Shown one piece after another: positions 13,421 through 24,449 of a stretch of 64,000 nt of DNA. Every line of letters begins with the position of its first letter. The stretch's first letter is position 1. Made by a program: the position numbers and the translations under genes. The stretch covers positions 930,001 to 994,000 of the forward strand of contig NC_135901.1 of NCBI RefSeq assembly GCF_964194155.1, in the 5' to 3' direction. This DNA is from Cetorhinus maximus (taxonomy: Eukaryota). Under the pieces are notes generated by a model. The model did not search any database. It was not told the origin of the DNA and saw nothing but the letters and a program-made list of their open reading frames with translations.

Positions 13421-13856
13421 AGGTGAGCAGGCTGCAGAAAATTAGTTTGCATTTAATTAAATATTGAAGTTTCAGGGTTGATATGATGCCAATTTTTAAA
13501 ATGATCAATGTGCTTGTGAGAGTAGATACAGGGAAACTATTTGCTCTGCTGGGGAATTGAGAACAAGGAGACAGAATCAAAATAATAAAACCTGGTGTGA
13601 AATCAGGAACAACGTGTTCAGACAGAGGTGATGGAAATCAGGACCAACCTCCCCAAAAAGCTGTGGATGCTGGGGGGTCAAATGAATTTTTCAAGACATG
13701 AATCGGTCGAATTTTGTTAATTAAAGATAGCAAAGTAATTTGATCAAAGATGGGAAAAGGGAGTTGTGGTTGTCACATGGCTGTAAGACATAATATTTAA
13801 CAACACAAGTGAATTATCGAACTTCTCTTCAAATTTAAATGTAAATGTTTTGATAA

Positions 13857-13928
13857 TATTTCTGCTCAATTTCAAACCGGGGCCCTTTTGCATGTTGGTG
13901 AACATGATAACCACTACAGCACAGAAAC
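13857..13928 (-). pseudogene. tRNA-Val(AAC) pseudogene
   Basis: gtttctgtgctgtagtggttatcatgttcacc-aac-atgcaaaagggccccggtttgaaattgagcagaaata aligns end to end with vertebrate tRNA-Val; many changes are CpG transitions. Confidence 0.8.
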
Positions 13929-14512
13929 ACTGCGCTGCCGAAACCCGATGGACCTGTCCACAGTGTTGACCTGTGTGGTCATGAAGCAGCACTTTGGGTC
14001 TTTGATTTGAAGAAAGAAATTCAGCTGCTATAATCAGTAATGCTGGAATCAGACTGATTTAGCAATGTCATCATAAAATTACATAGCACATTAGGAGACA
14101 ATTTGGCCCATCGTGTTTATGTCAGTTTTTGCAATGAGCTTTCTGATCAGTCCCAATTTCCTTCTCTTTTTCAATTACCCTGATTTTTCTCCCTTTCAAG
14201 TCATTGTCCAATTCCCTTTTGAAAACTCGGTGTGAAGGGAAGCAATATTGAAAGAGGTGCAGGAGTTTCTGCAGTGTCCATGCGCACTGTGTGATCATTA
14301 ACAAAGTCTCCCTGACTCAATGACATGAAGAGTTGGACTCGAGATTCTTCTATAGTTTTTGAACAAAAAAAAAGTATTTATGCAGCTGATTTCATACCGA
14401 ACTTTCCAAAGAAGTTTAATCAGACAAAGCATGTCCTCATTTTTCTCAGTCACTATATACAATCCAATTCCCCTTTTTGTATAACCTTGAACAGATGCCA
14501 TTATAGGAAAGG

Positions 14513-14580
14513 GGTAGTGTGGCCGAGCGGTCTAAGGCTCCAGTCTCTATGGAGACATGGGTTTGAATCCCACCGCTGCA
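14513..14580 (+). pseudogene. tRNA-Leu (AAG-type) pseudogene lacking the anticodon arm
   Basis: GGTAGTGTGGCCGAGCGGTCTAAGGC-TCCAGTCTC...GGGTTTGAATCCCACCGCTGC, with 13 nt lost between two TAAGGC copies. Confidence 0.85.
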
Positions 14581-14792
14581 GGAGTTTCGGACGGTTCATC
14601 TTTTCAGTCAGTTTAGCCAAATTCTTCCATGTGTGTCCAGGGCGTGTGCAGTGCTCCATTCTGGTGGAAAGATCGAGGAGAGGCAGCAGAAATTGCAGGA
14701 CAGCCAGAAATAGGTGGGGCTGCATTTCTTCATTCGCTGCTGTAACCATTGTATGCTCTTAGGTACAGAACATTAAAAGGTACATGACGCGT

Positions 14793-14876
14793 GTGTACAG
14801 AGCTGAGCGGTTAAGGTAATTGGGTTTGAAATTCTTTAGAGTTTTCTGATACAAGTTCACATCCTGCCAGACTACA
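14793..14876 (+). pseudogene. tRNA-Ser(TGA) pseudogene, heavily decayed
   Basis: gctgagcggttaagg...ttgaaat...aagttcacatcctgccagactac follows tRNA-Ser (GCCGAGTGGTTAAGG...TTGAAATCC...CCTGCCGACTAC). Confidence 0.6.
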
Positions 14877-15279
14877 TTTCTCACTGCTCCTGATTTAAGA
14901 ATGATTTATCGAATTAATTATCTATTAAATGGACGAAAAGGTTTTCCAAATGCTCCTGTGTATTTTTCATTTCCCTTCATCTGCAAGCATTCACCAAAGT
15001 TGCAGGTGGAAATGGAACAAAAATGGAGCCAATTTGGTGACATTCATACTTTCTGGATGTTTGTCTTCCCTGGCACCTCTGTCACTCTTGGTGTCTATGT
15101 CTGTGTGTGTTTCTCACCTTGTGTCAATGTGGTTCAGTTCCCTGAGCGGGGAAACGCATTTTTACCATCGCAACTTTGACTCACTTTCGTTATGTATCTT
15201 CATGGAAATGGCACAGAGAATAACAGTCAGTTTAAAAGTTGCAAGAGGAGATTGATCTTTCTGTATTCTTTCAGCAGTT

Positions 15280-15351
15280 GGCTCTGTAGCAGAGTGATTA
15301 GCGCACTGGCCTTGTAAACCGGGGATCATGAGTTTAATCCTTGCTGGACCT
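15280..15351 (+). pseudogene. tRNA-Thr(TGT) pseudogene
   Basis: ggctctgtagc...ctggccTTGTAAaccgggg...gagtttaatcct aligns with tRNA-Thr(TGT); D and T loops are damaged. Confidence 0.75.
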
Positions 15352-15509
15352 CCAGTTGAATTTAGCTTCTGCTGATGTTAGCTGTGGGGAAGAAAACAGA
15401 TTGGCTTTAAAGAGATTTGGGCAACAAAGATAGCAGATAAAGCATAATTTCATAATAGGTGAAGGTGTTTGATTAAAAAATTGGTAAAATGATTAGTTAT
15501 GTGACGAAC

Positions 15510-16155
15510 TGAAAAAAGCAGGGAGGTTATGCTTCAGTTGTACTGCACACTGGTGAGACCACATGTGCAGTAGTGGTCTCCTTCTTTAAGGAAAGATGCA
15601 AAGTTAGAGTAGTAAAGTTAGTAGTTCAGAGAAGGTTTACGAGACTAATATCAGGAATGGGTGGGTTGCCCAAGCAGATTCTCTCTATTCCTACATATAT
15701 TACCGACATAGTTATGCATTGTAAGTGGGACAGATTAGGCTTGTATCCACTGGAGTTTCGAACAGTAAGAGGTGACTTGATCAAAACCTTTAAGATCCTG
15801 AGGGGTCTTGAAAAGGTGGGTGTGGAGAGGAAGTTTCCTCTTGTGGGATAATCTAGAACTGGGGGGTCACTGTTTAAAAATAAGGGGTCGCTCATTTAAG
15901 ACAAGAATGAGGAGGATTTTTTCTCTCTCAGAGAGCCAGGAGTGTTTGTAACTTCTTTCCTCCAAAGGCATTGGAAGCAGAGTCCTTGAATATTTTAAAG
16001 GCAGAGCTAGATTTTTGGTTAACAAGGGGGTGAAAGGTTATTGGGTGTAGGAAGGAGGTTACCATCAGATCAGCCATGGTCTTATTGAATGGTGGAACAG
16101 GCTTGATGGGTCGAGTGGCCTACTTCTGTTCCTAGTTCGTATTTTTACATGTTCT
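15510..16155 (+). mobile_element. CR1 LINE 3' fragment
   Basis: VQRRFTRLISGM and DRLGLYPLEFRTVRGDLIKTFKIL. Confidence 0.75.
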
Positions 16156-16532
16156 TTGAGTCCAGGCTGTTTACTAACTCAGTGCTCGTATGTCACAAAG
16201 TCGAGAATGTTTGAAATTTTCACTGAGCAACATGTCAACAAACAGTGGATTCACTCAGTGCGATGGTGCGTACCAGTTCTATATGTGCAATCACAGAATA
16301 AATTTCTATTTGTTGCTTTCAACCCAATATTTCTAAAGGTTTGGATGTGAGGCACATGTTTGATCTAACTTATCTCATTTTCTTTGAAATAAATATTCGT
16401 AAAACTATTTGCCTGGGAACTTACTGGATAACAGCAGGGCTGGCAAAGTCTGGACATTTCCTCGTAGCCAAAGGACTCAAAGCAGAACTGTGTCGGTAAT
16501 ATAAGTAGAAGCAGGAATAGAGAGAACCTACT

Positions 16533-16606
16533 TGGCCCTAGATAGTGTCAAACCACCAATGTTTGGGTTAACAGCTGAATTCGCTAAACAAGATGTTACA
16601 CAAACA
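16533..16606 (-). pseudogene. tRNA-Asn(GTT) pseudogene, decayed
   Basis: ttagcgaattcagctGTTaacccaaacattggtggtttga...agggcc resembles TTAGCGCGTTCGGCTGTTAACCGAAAGGTTGGTGGTTCGA...AGGGAC. Confidence 0.65.
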
Positions 16607-16666
16607 CCCTGTGACCTGATGGTTAGGATTCGGTGCTCTCATCACCCAGATCTGATTCCCGGTCTT
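16607..16666 (+). pseudogene. tRNA-Glu(CTC) pseudogene with internal deletion
   Basis: ccctg...tggttaggattcggtgctCTCa...gattcccggtc matches tRNA-Glu(CTC). Confidence 0.7.
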
Positions 16667-16734
16667 GCTGTTGTGCAAAATATCACAACCAGAAACTAAT
16701 TACTGATTCAAAAAAAATCTATCATCCCCAACAC

Positions 16735-17810
16735 CTCATCCCCTTCCCACGGCACCTTCCCATACAATCGCAGGAGATGTAACACCTGCTCCTTTACCTC
16801 CTCCTTCCTCACTGTTCAAGGGCCCAAACACTCCTTCCAGGTGAAGCAGAGATTTATTTGCATTTCTTTCAATTCTGTGTACTGTATTCGCTGCTCCCAA
16901 TGTGGTCTCCTCTACGTTGAGGAGACTAAACGCAGACTGGCTGCCTGCTTTGGGGAACACCTTCACACAGTCCACAAGCATGACCCAGACCGGCCTGTCA
17001 TTTGACATTTCAATTCACCATCTCGCTTTCATGTTCACATTTCTGTCTTCTGCCCTCTACAATGTTCCAGTGAAGCCCAGTGCAAGCTGGAGTAACAGCA
17101 CCTGATCATCTGATTAGGCATTTTACAGCCTTGTGGGCTCAGCATTAAGTTCAACAAATTCACACCATGAACTCTGTCCTCCATGTTGTATTTTTCCACC
17201 CACCACCATCCCCCCGCCCAAGAGTCAGTCTGTATCTTGTTCTCAGACAGAGCTGTCCCTTTGGGCGGGATTTTCCGGCCCCGCTCGCCGCCAGGATCAT
17301 CAGGTCCCGCCATGACGGGGCCGCAAATTCCAGAGCTTTTAGTGCAATTAGCACATTCAGCTACTTTGCTTTCAGACAGTGCTGACATTTATTCTGCGAT
17401 CAACACCTGCTTTAGTCATGAATACTATCATTATCATTCCCTTTGTCTTGTGTTCCATGACATCTTTGTCATTTATTCTCTCCTGGCCTCCAACATATGC
17501 CTGACCTTTCATTTTGCTCCACCTGCTCCCTCCCTCACCCCTGCAACAGCATTAAAACCATCACATTCCTAGTTCTAAGAAGAGTCACATGGACTCGAAA
17601 CTTTAACCACGTCCCTGTCTCCACAGGTGCTGCCAAACCTTCTGAGTTTTTCCAGCATTTTCTGTTTCTTTTGTCAGATTTCCAGCATCTGCAGCATTTT
17701 GCTTCTATTACAGATTTAAAAAAGAATCATTTTCGACACAAACATTAACTCTGTTTCTGTCTCCACAGATGCGAACAGACCTGTCGATAACTTTAGTGCC
17801 CTCTGTTTTT
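16735..17810 (+). mobile_element. Penelope-like element fragment (GIY-YIG region and tandem pLTR tails)
   Basis: NRRRCNTC...VYCIRCSQCGLLYVEETKRRL, then two decayed tail units with hammerhead remnants. Confidence 0.8.
17263..17336. mobile_element. About 70-bp MITE-like insertion
   Basis: GC-rich island with terminal inverted repeats GGATTTTCCGGCCCC and GGGGCCGCAAATTCC (13/15 match). Confidence 0.5.
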
Positions 17811-18289
17811 ATTAGAGCACGAATTACTGGCTTTATCATAACATAAAATACATAGCAAGTTGGCGAAATCAGTGAAATGATGGGCAGAGTTAAAATTCCA
17901 CGTGGATGATATTAGATAGAACTGGAAATGTCTGAGATGGAGAGTGGGAGTTAAAAGGTGTAACATGAAAGTGGAAGAATTTGATGTCAGTCAAATACTT
18001 TTCATGGTGAAAGTCTGCCATGCATTACCTTGTAAGTTTCACAGGAGCTGCAATGATTAGGTTGGTGGGTTTTGGATGTGGAAATTTGCATTTCTACAGC
18101 TTCTGGTACTATTTCGCCACACTGTCGATTTCATATTCCAGCCAATAGCAAAGGTTATTTTAATTGTCTGAAGAAGTAATTTGTGTTCTATTTGAACATG
18201 TCATTTTGTAGGAGGTCTCTGTTGAAAGTGGTCTGGAATGAAAAAACAATGGCAGAAGTAACCTCGATAAATTCTATTTCAGGGCATTT

Positions 18290-18361
18290 TCCATGATGGT
18301 CTAGTGGATAGGGTTCTCCACTCTCAGCACCATAACCTAGGCTCGATTGTCAGTCAGGGAA
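18290..18361 (+). pseudogene. tRNA-Glu(CTC) pseudogene
   Basis: tccatgatggtctagtggatagg...ctCTCa...ggctcgatt...gtcagggaa is full length relative to tRNA-Glu, but the stems are disrupted. Confidence 0.7.
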
Positions 18362-18754
18362 TAAAGATTTATTGCTCCTAAAAAGATATGCTTTAATTCC
18401 TGATTGAAAACAAAAAACACAACAGCTTTTTCAGAATCAGTGGAGTGAGTTGAAGTTTCGCATCAGAAATGGAAATGTCACACCTGCTTCAGGTCAAGAA
18501 CAAATACAGATGCTGAGCTGGGAAGTGAAAGAAATAAAAAGGAGGGCTGCGATAGGTTGCAATGCATTGGCTGTGGAGATGTTGGTGCAAGGCAGAATAT
18601 GAGTGGGAATGGGGCAGATTTTACTGAAGCGTTGTGTGTAGTTCTGAGAATGGCACCTTAAAAAGGATCAATATTGATCATGGAAACAGCGCTGTGCCGA
18701 TCCACCAGGACATCAGTTCTGGGATGTAAGTGGACATTTTACCCTCCATAAGAT

Positions 18755-19255
18755 TGAGGTCATTCAAAACTGCTGCCTGTATCTAAATTCGCAGCAAGTC
18801 CCATTTCCCTATCATCTCTGTGCTTGCTAACATACATTGGCTCCTGGTCAAGCATTATCTTTAGTTAAAATTCTCCTCCTTGTTTTCAAATGCCTCCATA
18901 AACTTGCTCATCCCTATCTCTAATCGCCCAGAATCTCAAAACCCTCTGGGATATCTGCGCTGCACTAATTCTGGCCTCATTCCTCATCACAATTGCACCA
19001 CTATTAGTGACTGTGGTTTCAGTTGCGCAAGCTCCAAGCTCTGGAATTCCCTCCAATCATCTCTCCGTCTCTCTACCTCACTCTCTACCTCATTCTTCTC
19101 CTTTTAGACACTCCTGAGAAACTTACCTCTTTGGTCAAGCTTTTGGTCATCTGATCCAATATCTTCTAATGTGGGCCAGTGTCATGCTTTGTTATATAAT
19201 GCTCCTGTGGGACGTTTTGCTGTGTTAAAGGTGCTATATAAATAAAAGTTGTTGC
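18755..19255 (+). mobile_element. L2 LINE 3' end
   Basis: L2-type C-terminus (HWLLVK, KLWNSL) and an aaaggtgctatataaataaaagttgttg tail. Confidence 0.65.
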
Positions 19256-19257
19256 AG

Positions 19258-20350
19258 CTGTATTGGTTAAGGAGAGCATTGCAGTGCTGGAGAAAGAGGA
19301 TGCCCCAGAGGGTTCAAGGGCAGAATCAATTTGGCTAGAGCTAAGGAACAAAAAGGGTGCAATTACATTGCTCGGTGTAGTCTATAGACCACCAACTAGT
19401 GGGATGAATGTAGAGGAACAGATCTGCAGGAAAATTACAGATAGGTGCAAAAATCATAGAGTAATTATAATGAGGACTTTAATTACCTCAATATTGACTG
19501 GGATAGTGGTAGTGTAAACAGCGGAGATGGGAAAGAGTTCCTAGTGTGTTTTCAGGAGAACTTTCTACAGCAGTATGTGTCCAATCCAACAAGAAAGGAG
19601 GCACTTCCAGACCTCGTTCTTGGAAATGAGGTGGGCGAAGTAGATCAGGTGTCAGTGGGGGAACATTTAGGAGACAGGGATCATTGTATCATAAGGTTCA
19701 GGATGACTGTAGAAAAGGACAATGGGCACCAAAGCAAAATACTGTGGGTGCTGGAAATCCGAAATAAAAACATGAAATGCTGGAAAACCTCAGCAGGTCT
19801 GACAGCAACTGTGGAGAGGGAAACAGAGTTAACATTTCGAGTCCATATGGTTCTTTTTCAGAGCTAAGGAGAAGTAGAAATTTGATGAAATTTATACTGT
19901 TCAAGGGGGTGGAGAACGTGAAGCTGGATAGAAGGTCAGCGATAGGTGGGGGCTAAGGAGAGATTGACAAAGATATAATGGACAATAGTCAATCCAGAGT
20001 AAGGATAATTAACTGGGGAGAGCCGACTTCAATGGGACAAGAAGGGAGCTGGACCGGATATACAGGGACCAAAGGTTGGCAGGAAAAACTGCAACAGAGC
20101 AATGGGCTACCTTCAAAGAAGAATTGGTTCGGGCAGTCAAGCTATATCCCCTCAAAAGGGAAAGGTAGGGCAAACAAATACAGATCTCCCTGGACGAAAA
20201 ATGAGATCGAAATTAAGATTAAAAAGGAAAAAGTGTGATTATCACAGGTGTCAGGTGGAAAATACAACTGAGAACCAAACAGAATACATAAGGTTCAGAG
20301 GAGGTGAAGAAGCAAATAAGAGAAGCGAAGAGGGATTATGAGACAAGACT
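19258..20350 (+). mobile_element. CR1 ORF2 endonuclease region, interrupted by a Penelope tail (about 19724-19979)
   Basis: ESIWLELRNKKGAITLLGVVYRPP and FLQQYVSNPTRKEALPDLVLGNE. GGACAAT is repeated on both sides of the insert. Confidence 0.75.
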
Positions 20351-20468
20351 CTCAGTCAGGGAATGAAGCTTACAGCAAAATTCAGTTAATGCTGGGAATC
20401 TGAATTAAAACAGAAAATTCTGCAAATACTCAGCAGGCCCAGCATATATGGAGAGAGAAATTGAGTTA

Positions 20469-23400
20469 TATTATGGTCCCAGCTGATGTTACTACTGGGC
20501 AAGTCATATATTAGGGTGGAACACGTCTTGATAGATCCTAACTTTTATTTTTTGTTTAGAAACGAGGAGGGCAGCGATTGAACTGAGTCACAGGAGTCAT
20601 CTGATGAACTTTGAATAAAAGAATAAAGCATTTATTAAACAAGAAAAGATTAACAATATTAAAATACTCCTTCACCCACAACTATATATTTACAGATATA
20701 TACAGATTTGTAAGGATGACACAAGTAACAAAAGCTATCTTATACTGTAATGTTCACAGTTAGTACACATTCCATGTAAACCAATAGGCAACTTGTGGTC
20801 AGACACACCACACTCTGAAACCAAGTGACAGATGCCACCCCAAACAGATGCAATGGATCTTTCATCAAATCCCCCTTCCCCAGACACTTATCACACCATG
20901 AGCCAACCGGTCTCAATGAACCCAATCTTTGACATGAGGGTTTATAATCTCCACTCTCAAGAAACCTGCATGGAATCTTCTCCCAAATGACACGTTTTCT
21001 CAGATGCCATCCACAAGGGTCCACCTCCAGGGTTTCAAACTCTCCATCTGATGTCCCTATCCCCTGGATCGCCACGTGCATTCAAGCCTTCTTCCACACA
21101 CTCTCTCTCTGGTTCAGCAATGCCAACAGAACACCACTGCTTCACATGCCATGGTGAAGAGTTACAGACATTCAACTGTCTACTTGGATCGTCTGTCTTC
21201 TTGCAAGCCTATTTTGCTTTAAGTCTGCTTCCTGCAGCTTTCTCCCCTTTTAGCTTGGAGTCTTCCTTCCTGCTCCTTGCTTTCACTTGCACTGAACAGG
21301 ATCTTTTCCAGATTCATGTCCTTGTCCTTAGACTTAACTATCCTCTTGGGACCTTTCCTGTTCCACTCCCTGGTTTTTGGGGCTTTCTTCTTTAGTTTTT
21401 GGAACCTGCTCTTGAGTTTTCCACCTCCTGTGTCCAGCTTCTCCCGTCACCTGACTCAAACTGAACTCAAACTGCTTTCAATTTCTCCGTGTCTCTCTGT
21501 CTGAGCCCCCTGTTGCTAGACAACAGCACAGTTTTTTCTACCTTGTGTTTGTTTAACTCCCCTTCAAGAGTCGTAAAACCTAATTAAAATGCAGGCATCT
21601 TTTAAAGTGAAACTGAAACTCAAGCTCCACCCTTTCTTAACACACAAATACAGAAATAGAAATCAAACTTAAACTTAAAGATAAAACTAATAAAACACCT
21701 GCAAATACAAATACAACTTACTTAAACTATCTACAGTTCATAACACTTTATCCTTTGAAAGAAAGAAAGTTTCACAACAGTGAATGTGTTTTTACAATGG
21801 CCTTACATCCGCCAAACACAAACTTAACATCATAAACCTCTAACAATAGCTTATTACATACTATATTAATAAATCTACCATCTATTTGCACAACTACACG
21901 TGTTATGTTGTACAACTACAAAAATTTAAGCAAAACAAAGTCTATAAATGTAACAAAACTGGCAGAATTTGTCCACCATAACATTATCATAACTCAACCC
22001 CTGTGGTTCTTTTTTCTCTTATTCCAGGTGCAATTCCATCCTCAAGCTCATTTTCCGAACTCACATGTGATAAATTCTCATTTCGATTTAGCAAAGTCAA
22101 AATGCCAGTTTTGCACATTAACATCTCATTTCTTCTTTGATCAAAACCTCTTTTCATCATTTCATGGATGGTGTTGAGATGCCTTTTATGTTTACACAAA
22201 CGGGTTTCCTACTCCTGCTTGGTTTAATCTTTAATTTTTTAATGATCTTGTTTCTCCCAATCCCATTTTAAACAGGTCTTCTCCACTTCTCTTTCAGCAG
22301 CATCAATTGTTTTCTCCCTTTGCAATTTCATTGTTTGTTCTAACTCTTCAACTCTTTTGCACAATCCATGAACCATATCATGCCAGTGCTCACTCAGCAG
22401 GCTTTGAATGGTCATTTGCAAACTGTTGAATTGCCTGAATTCCAACTTCTGTATCTTGTATATTAGCACTGACAAGCACCTGTAAATCAGTGTCTCTAGT
22501 GAATGAACTGAAAGGGTAATTTTGCATTTTCAGGCCTTTTTGTTGATGCTTCTTAGTTTCCAATTCTGTAGGCACTTCAGTTTTTTCTGCACAGCCCATT
22601 ACTGAAGTTGATACATGTTACTTGGATCAGTTTTTTTGCTCAATTGGACCACAATTCAGCAATAAATGTTTACTCACAGAACAACTTCAGAACGGTGACA
22701 CTCCATACCACACACTTTCTCCTTCATTTCCTCCAGTTTGCATTGAAGTTCGAGGACCTCATTATTCTTTTCCTGATGAAGCTCTAACCGTTCGTTAGTT
22801 TTGGCTTTAAATTCTGCATTCAACCAATTATTCTGTTTTACCAACAATTCCTTTTCTTGTTGAAGGCATTTTCCACGATACTTCATAACAACTTCTGATG
22901 CGTGAAGCTCATCAAGTTTTAACTGAAGATTGAACTTTGTTAAATTTGCTTCTACAAATAAATCATTTAGGTATTTCAAGTCCTCCGTCAAATGCCCTAC
23001 TCTCCATGGCTGATTCTCAATTGTTCTCACTAATTCTCATTTTTCATTAGCCAACTCCTCTCTTGTACGTGAAAGTTGGTTTCCTGCATTAATAAGGTTT
23101 TCCTTCAATGTTTGCTTCATTTCTGGCCACAGTAATTTTCTGAAATTTGTTAAGATCAGCATGATCAACTACCTGCTGCCTGCTGCAGTACAGTTATCAC
23201 CACATCACTGTCTCCACTAGCCAAATCATTACCCAGAACAAAACCTACCCCCTCAATAGATGATTTAGGAATAATTCCCACCGTAACAATTCCATTTACA
23301 AAGTGACTTTACAAGTTGACTTTACACAAAGAAACAGGTTAATAAATTCCATTAATACCTCGTATTGATACTTCTTCCTTCATAAAACTGCCTGGAACAC

Positions 23401-24449
23401 AAATTGTATCATCAGCCACCATCAATGGCTGATCTGCTCCAGTGTCTCTAAAAATTTTGACTATTTACTTATTTTGCTGGAGGAGTAATGGAACACTTCT
23501 CCCTTCCAGACTAAACATCCAGAACCTCTAATAGCCTGCCTTCCTTCAGCAGTAATCAAAGAAGAATTCTCTGGACTACCCTGAACCATACCCCCCTTTC
23601 CTGTGGGTTCTAAGGGCACACGTTTCACCTGGACTACTGCTACAGTTTTAACAACCATTTCCTTTTCTGATGCAACCTTTCCTGAGGATTCCTTGGACCT
23701 TTCTTTGTATCTTGTCCCAAATGATGCTTTCGCTCAGACACCTTCCACAAAGGTCCACCTCCAGGGTTTCAAACTCTCCATCTGATGTTCCTCTCCCCAG
23801 ATCACCACGTGCATTCAAGCTTCCTTCCACGCATTCTCTCTCTAACTCAGCTGTGCCAACACAACACCGCTGCTCATGTGCCCAGAGTAAAGAGTTACAG
23901 GCCAGCTGTCTCCTTGGATCTTCTTACTTCTCGCAAGCCTATTTTGCTTTAAGCCTGCTTCCTTCAGCTTTCTCCCTTTTAAGCTCGGAGCCCTCCTCTC
24001 TGCCCCTTGCTTCCACTTCCAGGTTCCTATCCTTGTTCTTGACTTAACTGCCCTCTGGTACCTTTCCAGTTCCACTGCTTGGTTTTGCTGATTTTCTTCT
24101 TCAGTTTTTGGAACTTGCTCCTGCAGTTCCCACTCCTGTGTCCAGCTGCTCCTGGCACCTGGCTTCAACTGAATTCAAACTGCTTTCGGTCTCTCTGTGT
24201 CTCTCTATGTGGGCCTCCTTTTGGCAGACAACAGCAGATTTTTTCTACCTTGTGTTTGGCTCCCCTTCAAGAGCTATGAAACCTAATTGAAATGCAGGCA
24301 TCTTTTAAAGTGAAACTGAAACTCTAGCTCCCCCTTTCTTAACACACAAATACAGAAATACAAAACAAATTTAAACATAAAGCTAAAACTCATTCCTAAC
24401 ATCCACAAATACAAATATATCTTACTTAAACTACCTCTACTTCCTAACA
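20469..24449 (-). mobile_element. Decayed Gypsy (Gmr1-like) LTR element with internal deletions and captured host sequence
   Basis: LTR copies at 20469-21745 (complete) and about 23710-24449 (partial), both ending TAACA on +. Purine tract AAAGGATAAAG precedes the 3' LTR. Protease IFRDTGADQPL...GVGFVLGNDLA at about 23212-23465. Confidence 0.8.
22690..23120 (-). pseudogene. TPR: Intronless fragment of nucleoprotein TPR (N-terminal coiled coil)
   Basis: QLSRTREELANEK*ELVRT...LTEDLKYLN...[36 protein letters not shown]...[12 protein letters not shown] matches my recollection of vertebrate TPR at roughly residues 95-230. Confidence 0.85.

Noticed and set aside
13857-18361. Functional tRNA genes
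   Set aside because: Every copy has broken stems, altered T-loops or deletions, so they are listed as pseudogenes.
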